From a virus (lineage: Duplodnaviria; Heunggongvirae; Uroviricota; Caudoviricetes), in IMG/VR virus record IMGVR_UViG_3300046492_000163, positions 1 through 64,000 of that record: a stretch of DNA of 64,000 bases. One strand, given 5' to 3'. Shown here in pieces: positions 28,166 through 36,936 of the stretch; position 1 is the stretch's first letter; every line of letters starts with the position of its first letter. The notes under the pieces were generated by a model. It did not search any database. It was not told the origin of the DNA and saw only the letters and a list, made by a program, of their open reading frames with translations. The translations under genes were made by a program, and so were the position numbers.

Positions 28166-28654
28166 ATGGCACGCGACAAGAAAACGGTTAAAAATCGTAC
28201 AGAGACGATCATCACCGATCACAAGACTGGGGAGGTTTTGAGCCAAGAATCGACCGTCACTTACAAAGTCCCACAAGAGCCGGACTTCGTGAAGGTGTAC
28301 ATCGAGTCCTTCACGGACATGGGACTGAGGGATCACCATGTGACCCTACTCTTCCAACTCGTTCGCAAAATGAACTACGAGAACGTGATTGCTCTCACAC
28401 CGGGCGCTCGGGTCAGGATCGGGGAAAAGCTGAAGATCCAGCAACAAACCTTCCGCAATTACCTGGCTGTTCTACTGGAGGCAGATATATTCCGGCGAAT
28501 AGGTCACGGAGAGTTCATGGTGAACCCGACCTACATTGCGAAGGCGAGGTTTGAGGAAAACGTAGCTCGACAGAAGATTTATTACAAAATCAAGCAAGTA
28601 AAGACTAAGAAAGGCCGAACTCCGAAGCCCAAGGAAGTTGCTCCAGATACTTGA
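28166..28654 (+). CDS. winged-HTH DNA-binding protein (candidate plasmid-type Rep or regulator)
   Basis: 162 aa; QQTFRNYLAVLLEADIFRRIGHGEFMVNP looks like recognition helix + wing; preceded by 690-bp repeat-rich non-coding DNA; convergent with par operon. Confidence 0.5.
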   Translation: MARDKKTVKNRTETIITDHKTGEVLSQESTVTYKVPQEPDFVKVYIESFTDMGLRDHHVTLLFQLVRKMNYENVIALTPGARVRIGEKLKIQQQTFRNYLAVLLEADIFRRIGHGEFMVNPTYIAKARFEENVARQKIYYKIKQVKTKKGRTPKPKEVAPDT

Positions 28655-28664
28655 GACAACAACT

Positions 28665-28690
28665 AAAGGGGCCGCAAGGCCCCTTTTTAG
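28665..28690. terminator. bidirectional intrinsic terminator between convergent genes
   Basis: AGGGGCC-gcaa-GGCCCCT + TTTTT. Confidence 0.6.
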
Positions 28691-28701
28691 TTCCATCATC
28701 C

Positions 28702-29238
28702 TTACTTGAGCTGCATCTTTCTCAATGTCTCAGCAGCCTTCTCGGGGGTGAGAAACCTATTGTGGGTCAACCACATGATCAACCCTTCCATTAGGATTGT
28801 CTGCCCAGTCAGGCCCCGAATTTCTTTCCGTGCTTCATCAACTACTTCGAACAGGTCGGGCGGAACTTGCACGCTCATTTGACTTGAGTTCTTTTTCTTC
28901 GTGCGATCATGTACAGGTGCGGCAAACATTACCGGCACCAGTTCTGGTTCAGGTTGAGCTGAAGTAACGAAAGTAATTGGTGGTTTCACGGGTTCTGGTT
29001 CTGGTTGACCTGGTTCTTCAGCAACTTTTGCTACAGGTGCGGCAGGCTGCGGTGCAACTTCCGGGGCATCCGCGATCTTGTGCAGCAATTGTTCAACCTC
29101 TTGCACTGGTGCGGGAGCTGGGGGCTCGACCGCTTCCGCTGGTGCCGCTGGCTGTAGTGGCACGGCTGTTGGATTGGGCGTTGCCTTCTCAGCCATTATC
29201 CCCGGTCTAAGGATGGATTCGCGTCGAGTGCGTGTCAT
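28702..29238 (-). CDS. ParG-like centromere-binding protein (RHH C-terminal domain, Pro/Ala-rich disordered N-terminus)
   Basis: C-terminus SVQVPPDLFEVVDEARKEI..GQTILMEGLIMWL fits a beta-strand-helix-helix (RHH) layout; downstream of parA; alternative start at 29196. Confidence 0.55.
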   Translation of the reverse strand: MTRTRRESILRPGIMAEKATPNPTAVPLQPAAPAEAVEPPAPAPVQEVEQLLHKIADAPEVAPQPAAPVAKVAEEPGQPEPEPVKPPITFVTSAQPEPELVPVMFAAPVHDRTKKKNSSQMSVQVPPDLFEVVDEARKEIRGLTGQTILMEGLIMWLTHNRFLTPEKAAETLRKMQLK

Positions 29239-29289
29239 GTTCGATTACCTGCGTACATGCGTGATTGAGTGCCCGGTTACTCGCATAAC

Positions 29290-29420
29290 CGGGTGGGTAC
29301 TCGGCTACCTACCAGAGTACCACACCGCCTACCTATTTGAATGGGTAACTGGGTAAGTACCCAACTGAGTAAATGGGTAGATACCCAGAGGTATATACAA
29401 GTGGGTAACTGGGTACTTAC
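29290..29420. repeat. centromere-like palindrome cluster (TGGGTA-NN-TACCCA units) downstream of parA
   Basis: TGGGTAAGTACCCA, TGGGTAGATACCCA, TGGGTACTTACCCA; the 31-bp block at 29370..29400 recurs at 31021..31051 with 1 mismatch. Confidence 0.5.
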
Positions 29421-29465
29421 CCACCTACCCACTCCAATACCCAAGCAGGGCAGTAAGGAATTAGG

Positions 29466-30224
29466 TCACTGGCTACTCACCAGCTTGAGTCCACGGGTGC
29501 CTTCTTTGACACCCAGCGACTTGCCTGCAACCTTCGGCCCGACCTTCGCCCGTTTCTTGACTTTTTCCTTGGGTTTCCGCAACTCAGCAGGTACTGGGTT
29601 CGGTTCTTTGATGCCAACTTCTTGCAGGATGAACTCAACCAGGTTGTCGATTTCCTCCACGCCTTGGTGGTTGGGATCGTATTCGTCCAAGGATTCGCCC
29701 CAGCCCATGCAAGTCTTAAAGGCAGTTGCTCGATGGACAATGCCCGCAACTTTCCCCACGCGGGAAAGCTCCATGACGGTTTCGGTTGTGATCCGTTCGC
29801 GTTTATCAACGATGTTCATCAGGAACACGGAGCGAGCGTGGTGTTCGGTCAGCGTGCCGAAGGTGTCGGCTGTACCTTCCAAATCCAATGGGCTTGGCTG
29901 GCACGGCACAACTACCAGATCGGCAATTTCATAAAGCTTGGACAGTTCTTCGTGCTTCCAGCCGGGGGTGTCGATCACGACACAATCCACGCCCAACTCC
30001 CGCAATTCATCGAGCCTTGGGCGAAGTTGTTCGAACGTAACTTTCAGCAGTTCGGGGAACTGAGATTCACGGCGTTCCCACCAGCGTTTGATGCCGCCTC
30101 GGTGGTGGTCAACGTCAATTAGAACGGTGTAGTAGCCACGGTTATCCAGGTTGACGCCAACCTGGGCGGTGATGGTGGACTTGCCTACACCCCCCTTTTC
30201 GTTGGCAACAGCGAAAATTTTCAT
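29466..30224 (-). CDS. parA: ParA/Soj-family partition ATPase (type Ib size)
   Basis: MKIFAVANEKGGVGKST deviant Walker A; GAGGAA RBS before ATG at 30224; ORF-track N-terminal extension to 30305 rejected. Confidence 0.9.
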   Translation of the reverse strand: MKIFAVANEKGGVGKSTITAQVGVNLDNRGYYTVLIDVDHHRGGIKRWWERRESQFPELLKVTFEQLRPRLDELRELGVDCVVIDTPGWKHEELSKLYEIADLVVVPCQPSPLDLEGTADTFGTLTEHHARSVFLMNIVDKRERITTETVMELSRVGKVAGIVHRATAFKTCMGWGESLDEYDPNHQGVEEIDNLVEFILQEVGIKEPNPVPAELRKPKEKVKKRAKVGPKVAGKSLGVKEGTRGLKLVSSQ

Positions 30225-30299
30225 TGGGTGTTCCTCTATATAGGTGCTCACCTGGGTGAGCGGTTCCTTGCTTAAGTGATTGCTTGCGCGAATCCCCGC

Positions 30300-31060
30300 A
30301 TCCATGCGTGATTGGGCGAACGCTTACCTGTGTAAACGAACGGGTATGTCCCTAAGTCCGCAGTTCCCTGAGTAACTGAGTAAAGACGGAAGCGTGCAAT
30401 TACGCATTCACTTACGTCCGCAACCGGGCGAGTAATGGCTCACGGGCGTGGTTCCCCACTTCTTCCCTTGGGCGTCCACCTGTGTGAGCACGCACTCGGT
30501 TGCTCAATTACCTAAGTCAGTAGCCAGTTCCCCACGTACCTCAATGAGGAAGTCACCACCTACCTAGGCAAACACCTGGGCAAGTACATACCTGCTTGGG
30601 TGTTTACTCAGACGCATGCGTCCTTACCTGGGGATTTAACTACTCGGGTGGGTAATTGTCAACTTACTCGCACAATTAATGTAATACGCGCCTACCCACG
30701 TACCCAACCAAGCGAGTCCCTAGGGAGGTAGGTAGGTGCATGGTTGGTTGAGTAGTTGAGTGTGGAGGTAGGTACTCAGACAACCACCTAGTTACCCAAA
30801 TAGGTAAGTGAATGGCTACTGGCGTACCTATGGAATTACCTGAATACGCAAGGGATTACGCACCCACACACGTACCCGGTTAGGTAAGCACACAAGTGAT
30901 TACGTGGTTCCTTGCGTGCTGGAGTATGCGGTGACGTACTGGTGTACTGGAGTACCCAAATGAGTAATTACCCAAGTGAGTAGCTGGGTAGGTGGGTAAG
31001 TACCCAAAAGGGTAGATGGGTAAATGGGTAGATACCCAGTGGTATATACAACCTGTTTGA
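30300..31060. repeat. repeat-rich non-coding region upstream of parA (degenerate GGTAAG/TACCCA and ATTAC motifs); candidate centromere
   Basis: no credible ORF; >8 ATTAC(C/G) copies and many GGTA/TACC half-palindromes; perfect TGGGTA-NN-TACCCA units at 31000..31040. Confidence 0.45.
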
Positions 31061-31449
31061 TTTCCCGCTTGGCAGGGTCTGCCACCAGGTGTTGAGGCAG
31101 CAGCCGCAGCCCGAAGTTCTGTGAGCCTCTGTGAGGCCTTATAGGAGGTCGGCAACCCATTAGTAGCCTCGCCCTGGCAACGTCGCCTGGCTGGGCTATA
31201 GTGAAGGCGGGTAAGGTGTTGCCGGACGAATTTTCCCCATAACCCGGCATTCACGCAGATCAGGACGGGGTTGCCTCTGGCGTGCTGAAAGATGCGCGTA
31301 CAGCGAGTACGGACAGACACGGCCTTACCTGAAGCCCTGCCATGACCTGGTGGGGCTTTTTATTGTCCTACAATAATCCACTGTACATCTACACAGTGGT
31401 GGCTATACTGAGTACGTCAACCTCGGGCAGACCGTCAATCTTCCCATTT

Positions 31450-31480
31450 AGCCGCCCCTCACCAGGGCGGCTTTCTTTTG
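31450..31480 (+). terminator. intrinsic terminator
   Basis: GCCGCCC-ctcacca-GGGCGGC + TTTCTTTT. Confidence 0.55.
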
Positions 31481-31488
31481 TCCAATGC

Positions 31489-31580
31489 CGCTACAGGGGG
31501 CCTGGCTCCCAGAATGCCCGTACAGGGGGCTAGCCCCCAGTTTCCTCATAGGGGGGTATGCACTACACGGGGGTGGGTTG
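31489..31580. repeat. ACAGGGGG-core repeat cluster (4 copies, irregular spacing) incl. perfect palindrome GGGGGCTAGCCCCC
   Basis: tacagggggc x2, cataggggggt, acacgggggtg. Confidence 0.4.
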
Positions 31581-31688
31581 CGGTGGTGCCGCCTGTCAGG
31601 TAGGATCGCCGTGCGTGTCCGAGACTGTAGCTTCGACAGGGGTGTACCTGCTCCATCCCGTGGGTACATCAGAACAGAAGCATTGATC

Positions 31689-31720
31689 AGCCGCTTAGCC
31701 CACCTAAGCGGCTTTTCTTT
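31689..31720 (+). terminator. intrinsic terminator
   Basis: AGCCGCTTAG-cccacc-TAAGCGGCT + TTTCTTT. Confidence 0.55.
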
Positions 31721-31857
31721 GCCTGGTGGAAAGGCATCCTGGTGTTGACCTGGTGTTGACCTGGTGTTGGTCCGACCGATGTGGTAACGTGCCTGGGCTT
31801 TCCTTGTGTTGTGTTGTAATGGCAGGGGTGGGGAACTCGTAAACCCCCACCCATTGA

Positions 31858-31890
31858 AAAGGCCGTCCTCTTGGACGGCCTTTTCTTTGT
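31858..31890 (+). terminator. intrinsic terminator
   Basis: GGCCGTCC-tctt-GGACGGCC + TTTTCTTTG. Confidence 0.55.
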
Positions 31891-31923
31891 CCGGTAGAAA
31901 GTCCTGGTCCGACCTGGTTAAAC

Positions 31924-32295
31924 TTGGATAAACCTGGTGAGGGAACAGACATGCCCTACTATGACGGTCGTTGGCATCTATATAGCGAGCAAGAACGCCG
32001 CGAATATGGCGAGCGGAAGCGTGCCGAGTTGAGTAAGAAGTGGCACGCCAAGTGGATCAGTAGACAGGGCCTGAAAGATCGGCTCTGGACTGATAAGGCG
32101 ATCCAGGATTTTCTAGGTAAGCCTCGGGCAGCAGGCGCGATTAAAGCTTGGCTACGCAAGGATGTATTGCGGGCAGAGCGTGGCCCTGAATTCCAGACCT
32201 GGATGGAGAAACGCCGTAGATGGTTGGCGGCACGCGGCAAGCTACCCGCACCATATCCCCTGCCGGACAACGTGTTCCCCATTCGCCCGATGTGA
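31924..32295 (+). CDS. hypothetical basic protein (Arg/Lys/Trp-rich)
   Basis: 123 aa; lies between the two ACAGGGGG repeat clusters; alternative start at MPYYDG. Confidence 0.45.
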   Translation: MDKPGEGTDMPYYDGRWHLYSEQERREYGERKRAELSKKWHAKWISRQGLKDRLWTDKAIQDFLGKPRAAGAIKAWLRKDVLRAERGPEFQTWMEKRRRWLAARGKLPAPYPLPDNVFPIRPM

Positions 32296-32349
32296 TCCAG
32301 CAGAAAGAGAAAAGCCAGCTTTCGCTGGCTTCTCGCTTATCTTTCGCTC

Positions 32350-32733
32350 TTATGCAGCGGCAGACACTTGCTTCCAGCTCAGAACTTCGTCTTTGCCGTA
32401 CTTGCCGATCCACTCTTGAATCTTCTTCTTCAAGATGTTCGCCGCTCGCACGACTTCCCCAGTGTGTGGGTTTTTGTACTCAGTAAAGACTGTGTTCGGT
32501 CCTGCCTTCTTCGGCTTCTTCTCTTTGACCTCTACCACTGGCGGTACATAGTTCGGATCAAGGATCGTGTTCACATCTACCAAGGACATCCCGTATTTGG
32601 CTAGGAGTTCTCGCTGCTCAGCTTCGAAGGCCTGGAGCTTCTGTAGCTGGGGGTTATTCTCAAGCTCTTGAAGGCGGCGCTGTACGGCTTCGAACTCTGC
32701 TCTTGCTTCGTGTAGCTGCTTTACCAATGACAT
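32350..32733 (-). CDS. MvaT/MvaU-family H-NS-like nucleoid-associated protein (xenogeneic silencer homologue)
   Basis: 127 aa; MSL...coiled coil...ILDP...Lys-rich linker...EYKNPHTGEVV...LSW matches P. aeruginosa MvaT (LLDPDA, QYKNPHTGEVIETKGG...ESW), recalled from memory. Confidence 0.85.
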   Translation of the reverse strand: MSLVKQLHEARAEFEAVQRRLQELENNPQLQKLQAFEAEQRELLAKYGMSLVDVNTILDPNYVPPVVEVKEKKPKKAGPNTVFTEYKNPHTGEVVRAANILKKKIQEWIGKYGKDEVLSWKQVSAAA

Positions 32734-32892
32734 TCCGTTGCGTATCCGTGTTTGTTGTTAGGAGGCCGCACTATATCGCCCTGGATGAGACAACGGAAGA
32801 CCTGGTAGAGAGAACCCGATAAGTGAGAGAGAAAATTCCTCGATGCTCGACCTGGTTCTATCTTGATTGACCTGGATAAGCCTGGGTGTTCC

Positions 32893-32985
32893 CACTACAG
32901 GGGGGTGCTGGATTTCCCCACACGGGGGTACTGGATTTGCCCACAGGGGGGTCGCCAATGTCGCCACAGGGGGGTGGCCCCCTCG
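32893..32985. repeat. iteron array: 4 direct repeats, exact 23-bp phasing, core CCACAGGGGGGT
   Basis: GGGGGT ends at 32906, 32929, 32952, 32975; first two units also share (G/A)CTGGATTT. Confidence 0.6.
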
Positions 32986-33181
32986 GGAGTTCTCGCCCTG
33001 GTTGATCCAGGTAAGTCGTCCAGGTTGAGCCAGGTCCCCGCCCAAAATCCCCCGGCATCGAGCATCGATCCCCTGTCTGAACAGCGGACAGGCAGAAGCC
33101 CCCGGCTGGCCCGTAGGCCCCGGATTTGGCGCTATATAGAAGGGAATCGACGGCTGAAAAGAATTTGAAGAAGCGGCTTTA

Positions 33182-33198
33182 CTGTACGATTCATACAG
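33182..33198. promoter_or_regulatory. operator-like palindrome CTGTA-N7-TACAG (copy 1 of 4)
   Basis: CTGTACGATTCATACAG 48 nt upstream of gene 33246. Confidence 0.4.
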
Positions 33199-33245
33199 CC
33201 TAGGCTTGCCCCTATCGAAACGAGAAAGCCCCTAGGGGTGTAGGA

Positions 33246-33779
33246 GTGGCAACCATGCAAACCATGTCTAAGCGTTTCCCTATCAAAGAAGGCCCCCTGC
33301 CTGCCTTCGCCTTCGCTGGCTTCCAATGGCCGCGTTTTGTGGCTGCCTTGCCTCAAGGCTCCAAGGCTAAACGCCTTGCCCGCTATAAGGCGCTAGTGTG
33401 TGGCCCTACCTTCCACGCGCCTATCCCTGTAGTCGGCTCGAATCACTGCATAGGCTTCTATCTGGCTGGCGATGATATGCCCGCCTTGCGTTGGGCGTGG
33501 TGTGATGAAGTTTTCGGCATGGGGCGGGCTATTAACCATACCGGATGGTTTACCGACGAACACGGCGACGGGGAAAAAATCCGTGGCGTTGTTTTTACTC
33601 TAACCCATGGTCGCGGGTATTTGGCCGGGTGGTCTATGGGCCACGGCATGGCGAGCGGCTTAGAGTGCTACGTCTATGCAGATGCTACTAGTGCCGCATA
33701 TGCCGCCGATAGTGCCGCGCAGTTTCTGGCGGAAGTTGAACGCGACAACAACGCAAACAATGCAGACGAAGGGGAGTAA
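33246..33779 (+). CDS. hypothetical protein
   Basis: 177 aa, GTG start per ORF track. Confidence 0.5.
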   Translation: MATMQTMSKRFPIKEGPLPAFAFAGFQWPRFVAALPQGSKAKRLARYKALVCGPTFHAPIPVVGSNHCIGFYLAGDDMPALRWAWCDEVFGMGRAINHTGWFTDEHGDGEKIRGVVFTLTHGRGYLAGWSMGHGMASGLECYVYADATSAAYAADSAAQFLAEVERDNNANNADEGE

Positions 33780-33784
33780 TTAAT

Positions 33785-34246
33785 ATGGCACGTATTAAAA
33801 AAGGTTCTTATGTTCGCCATGCCGCCGTTTGGGTTAAAGGCGCGGCTGTTAGCCATATCTGGCACTTGGATTCTAATCCGGTTGGCTTGCGTGTTTCCCT
33901 GATGGAATGGGAAGACCACCCACACGAAGCAGAGTTAATTAAAGGCGATGGCCGCACCATTAACTTTAAAGTGTTGGCCGCTGGTGAACTTGTGGGGCCA
34001 CGGGTAGACGTTACTTTTGCAACCGCCGAAGTTGTATTAAAGGCAGCAAGGGAACAGGACTTAGACGCGGCTTGCATTATTATCCAAGACGCTATCGGCC
34101 AAACTGACGGCGGTGTCGCTGGAATGTTCTTTTCTGATCTTGACACCCCGGCAGAGTGGGGCACGTTCACAGTATCGGAACGCCTAGAGCGCCTTTGTAA
34201 TTATGTCTTGATGGAAAAGGCATACGCCGGAAACGGGAGTAACTAA
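33785..34246 (+). CDS. hypothetical protein
   Basis: 153 aa. Confidence 0.5.
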   Translation: MARIKKGSYVRHAAVWVKGAAVSHIWHLDSNPVGLRVSLMEWEDHPHEAELIKGDGRTINFKVLAAGELVGPRVDVTFATAEVVLKAAREQDLDAACIIIQDAIGQTDGGVAGMFFSDLDTPAEWGTFTVSERLERLCNYVLMEKAYAGNGSN

Positions 34247-34248
34247 CC

Positions 34249-34539
34249 ATGGTAACTCTACGCAATGAATTGTTGGTGCAAGTTCGGGAGTTTATCCGCC
34301 AGCCTCTAGCGTGGCCGGGATGCTATCCCAAAGTTTTGTTAATGGCAGACGGCGAAGTAATGTGTGCCGTATGTGCCAAAGCGAACTATCGGCTTATCAG
34401 TCAGGCCACGCGGTCTAATGATCGGCGTGATAGCTGGTGTGTTGCTGGTGTAGACTTGTTCCTTGAGGGCTCGCCCCTGTCGTGTGCCCACTGCAATAAG
34501 CCAATCGAATCAGCCTATGGAGAGCCGGAAAATGAGTAA
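34249..34539 (+). CDS. hypothetical Cys-rich protein (CAVCAKANY...CAHCNKP zinc-ribbon-like)
   Basis: 96 aa with two CxxC pairs. Confidence 0.5.
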   Translation: MVTLRNELLVQVREFIRQPLAWPGCYPKVLLMADGEVMCAVCAKANYRLISQATRSNDRRDSWCVAGVDLFLEGSPLSCAHCNKPIESAYGEPENE

Positions 34540-34813
34540 CAACGCCCCGCCAAGCATCCGCGTTTACGATGAACAGGAAGTCAGCCGCAAAGACATGCTA
34601 CGGGCGCTAGAGATAGGGGAAAGCATTATCTTCGCGTGTGCCCCTGATCAGTCCCTTGCACGTCTACAGGCCGGAATTTCTGGCTCCTACCGTGGCAAGG
34701 AGAGCATGTTTAAAGAAGGCCTAGAGCAGCAACGGGGGCTGCTGGTGTTTGAAGGTGAGGTGTCTGTACCTGTTACCCGCGTAACCCGCGTTAAGTCGCC
34801 ACCAGGAAATTAA
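34532..34813 (+). CDS. hypothetical protein
   Basis: start MSNNAPP with GGAG RBS. Confidence 0.45.
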   Translation: MSNNAPPSIRVYDEQEVSRKDMLRALEIGESIIFACAPDQSLARLQAGISGSYRGKESMFKEGLEQQRGLLVFEGEVSVPVTRVTRVKSPPGN

Positions 34814-34846
34814 AAAATTTTCTGCAAAATGGAGAAAATCGCCTTG

Positions 34847-34863
34847 CTGTATGGAAAATACAG
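34847..34863. promoter_or_regulatory. operator-like palindrome CTGTA-N7-TACAG (copy 2), inside 37-bp block shared with copy 4
   Basis: AAAATCGCCTTGCTGTATGGAAAATACAGCGCTACTCTT vs 39386..39422. Confidence 0.45.
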
Positions 34864-34920
34864 CGCTACTCTTCCCCTGTCGATAACGAAAACGCCCCCT
34901 AGGGGGCAAAGGGGTTCTAA

Positions 34921-35517
34921 ATGGCTACTACTTACGAACAGGCTTTTGCTAGCTGGACCGCCGACATCAAGCCACTGGTGATTGATCAGTACGGCGAAGA
35001 CGATGAGGTGGCATTGTCGGAAAGCTGGAACGATTACACCGATAGCCTCTGTAAAGAAGGCGAGTTTTCTGATTTGCAGTATCACCACTGCCCCGCGTGG
35101 GATGATTCAATGCCTGATTCTGATCAGGCGTATATTCTTGAAGCTTTGGGCGTGGCTATGTCCAGCATTAAACTTGCGTCCCGTCCCGATAAACTAGACG
35201 AGAACTTTTCTGCCGATAGTACGCATTGGAAGGTTCTAATTAAACGCGGCAAAAACGAATTTGAAACTTTCTACAGTATGGGCAGCGCCTACACTACGTC
35301 ACCAGATATTGAGGACGTAATGTATAGCCTGTTGTCGGATACTTCGAACGTAGACGGCTATTCGTTCGAAGAATGGGCCAGCGATTTGGGCATGGATACC
35401 GATTCCCGCAAGGCTGAAAAGATGTTCAAGGCTTGCCAAGATACTTTGCTTCAATTGCGTCTGTTGTTCACTGAAAAAGAATTAGACGACTTGCGCGAAG
35501 TTTACCAAGACTTTTGA
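34921..35517 (+). CDS. hypothetical acidic protein
   Basis: 198 aa. Confidence 0.5.
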   Translation: MATTYEQAFASWTADIKPLVIDQYGEDDEVALSESWNDYTDSLCKEGEFSDLQYHHCPAWDDSMPDSDQAYILEALGVAMSSIKLASRPDKLDENFSADSTHWKVLIKRGKNEFETFYSMGSAYTTSPDIEDVMYSLLSDTSNVDGYSFEEWASDLGMDTDSRKAEKMFKACQDTLLQLRLLFTEKELDDLREVYQDF

Positions 35518-35595
35518 GTAGCCTTTTAGATAGCCCGCCTCGGGCTATCCATAAAGTTTATTCGCAACGCTGTTAATTAGTTGAGGGTTAACACC

Positions 35596-36177
35596 ATGCA
35601 GACTACACAAACTTACGCCCACTATGTCGCGGTTGTTTCCGCCCGTGGTGTTACGCCTGTAACAGAAGTTCAGTTTAACGCTCTGCAAACTCTGCCGCGT
35701 GTGGCTGATGTAAACATGCCCCGTACGCTAAACTACGCTATCGGCGTAGCGTTGGAAGCGGGCGATAATACCGGGGCTGCTAGTTTGATCAGACAGGGCG
35801 ACGAATATACGCAAGAATGTTGGCAGATGTTTACAGAAGAGGGGGACCATCTCCCGGCAGAAGGCTTGCATGCGAATATAGAACAATGGGCAAAGTTTGG
35901 GCGTGACGAAGTACGCCCTTTAAATATTGCTTACATGTTGGACTTTGACGGTAATTCGCCAAAGGATCAAACTTGCTTTTCAATCGGCAAACAAAACTTT
36001 TTCTTTAATGGGGATAGTATTTGCCAGTGGGATAATGAACGGGAGTGGGATTTTCTCTGCTTCCACTTCTTGTCTAATCCAACTTTGAAACAAATCCTAG
36101 TTATAACTATCGGCTGCTTTGATGTTGAAAGTTTGGCGGATATGTTGGCAGGCGACGAAGTAAAACAAGACGGATAG
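35596..36177 (+). CDS. hypothetical protein
   Basis: start MQTTQTY with GAGGG RBS. Confidence 0.5.
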   Translation: MQTTQTYAHYVAVVSARGVTPVTEVQFNALQTLPRVADVNMPRTLNYAIGVALEAGDNTGAASLIRQGDEYTQECWQMFTEEGDHLPAEGLHANIEQWAKFGRDEVRPLNIAYMLDFDGNSPKDQTCFSIGKQNFFFNGDSICQWDNEREWDFLCFHFLSNPTLKQILVITIGCFDVESLADMLAGDEVKQDG

Positions 36178-36185
36178 GAGGTTCT

Positions 36186-36452
36186 ATGGTGTGGCCAGTT
36201 AAACCCGTTTTAATTGAAGGCGACACGGTTAATTTAAAGGCGTTAACGCCTCGGTTAGCCGCAATAATCAAAACTTGTTTAGGCAAGTTGGACAGGACGG
36301 TGTTAGAACCGTTGGAAGCGGAACAGATACAGAGTCTGTATGCCGCTCTAAGCGGGGAAGATTGGGCGTTAGTTGTAAAGGGTAGGATAGGGGACTATGG
36401 CCCGCCAATAGAGTATATATTGGCCCTGCCACCTTCCCCTAAACGCAAATAA
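36186..36452 (+). CDS. hypothetical protein
   Basis: 88 aa. Confidence 0.5.
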   Translation: MVWPVKPVLIEGDTVNLKALTPRLAAIIKTCLGKLDRTVLEPLEAEQIQSLYAALSGEDWALVVKGRIGDYGPPIEYILALPPSPKRK

Positions 36453-36479
36453 GCAATTGTATATATAGAGGTGGGCTTT

Positions 36480-36716
36480 ATGTCTGTATTTGCTGAAATC
36501 GCGTTGGTGGTAACGTTGTGTACTTCGTCGGGTGGCATACCTGCCGAGTCCTGTAACAACGAAGCCCCGGAAAGCTGGACAAGCGCTAGCGTTGCGGAGG
36601 CTTCGCAAGACTGGCAGGCCTGCAAACGTACCGAGGCCGCGTATCTGGCTCGCCCCGGTGTATCCAAGGCCGTTTGCCGGTATACTCGGTACGCCGGGAG
36701 TGCTGTTCATGAATGA
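36480..36716 (+). CDS. hypothetical protein
   Basis: start MSVFAEIALVV. Confidence 0.4.
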   Translation: MSVFAEIALVVTLCTSSGGIPAESCNNEAPESWTSASVAEASQDWQACKRTEAAYLARPGVSKAVCRYTRYAGSAVHE

Positions 36717-36840
36717 ATTCCCGGCGTTTATCAGGCTCAAGATTAGCGGGTATGAACTAATAGCGTTCTCGCTTGCTGATATCCCTAGAGGCGTGGAGTT
36801 CATCGTCATAGGGCGTAATGTTAAGTTTAAGAAGCGGTAG
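36712..36840 (+). CDS. small ORF (42 aa), ATGA-coupled
   Basis: MNEFPAFIRLKISGYELIAF... Confidence 0.25.
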   Translation, partial: NEFPAFIRLKISGYELIAFSLADIPRGVEFIVIGRNVKFKKR

Positions 36841-36936
36841 AAATAGCCCTGCCCTAGTGGTGGGGCTTTCAATAAGAAAGTTCGCCAACACTGCAAATTC
36901 CTGGGTAATTCCTGGAGAGAAAGGGACAGTTTAAAA

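Noticed and set aside
29622-30122. 166-aa + strand ORF opposite parA; N-terminal extension of parA to 30305
   Set aside because: The ParA frame has the Walker A and an RBS-preceded ATG at 30224. The other ORFs lack signals.
30880-31320. 146-aa and 116-aa minus-strand ORFs across the centromere-like repeats
   Set aside because: These reading frames are created by the GGTA/TACCCA repeat units. No start context, and repeat-derived Tyr/Pro/Thr composition.
32893-32985. Possibility that phased direct repeats are a CRISPR array
   Set aside because: Repeats are contiguous 23-mers with no unique spacers and no cas genes. Iteron-like instead.
31485-33168. ORF-track ORFs overlapping the ACAGGGGG repeats and intergenic DNA (31485..31748, 32162..32486, 32758..33168)
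   Set aside because: G/P/R-rich translations of G-tract repeats, overlapping terminators and a well-supported mvaT-like gene on the other strand.
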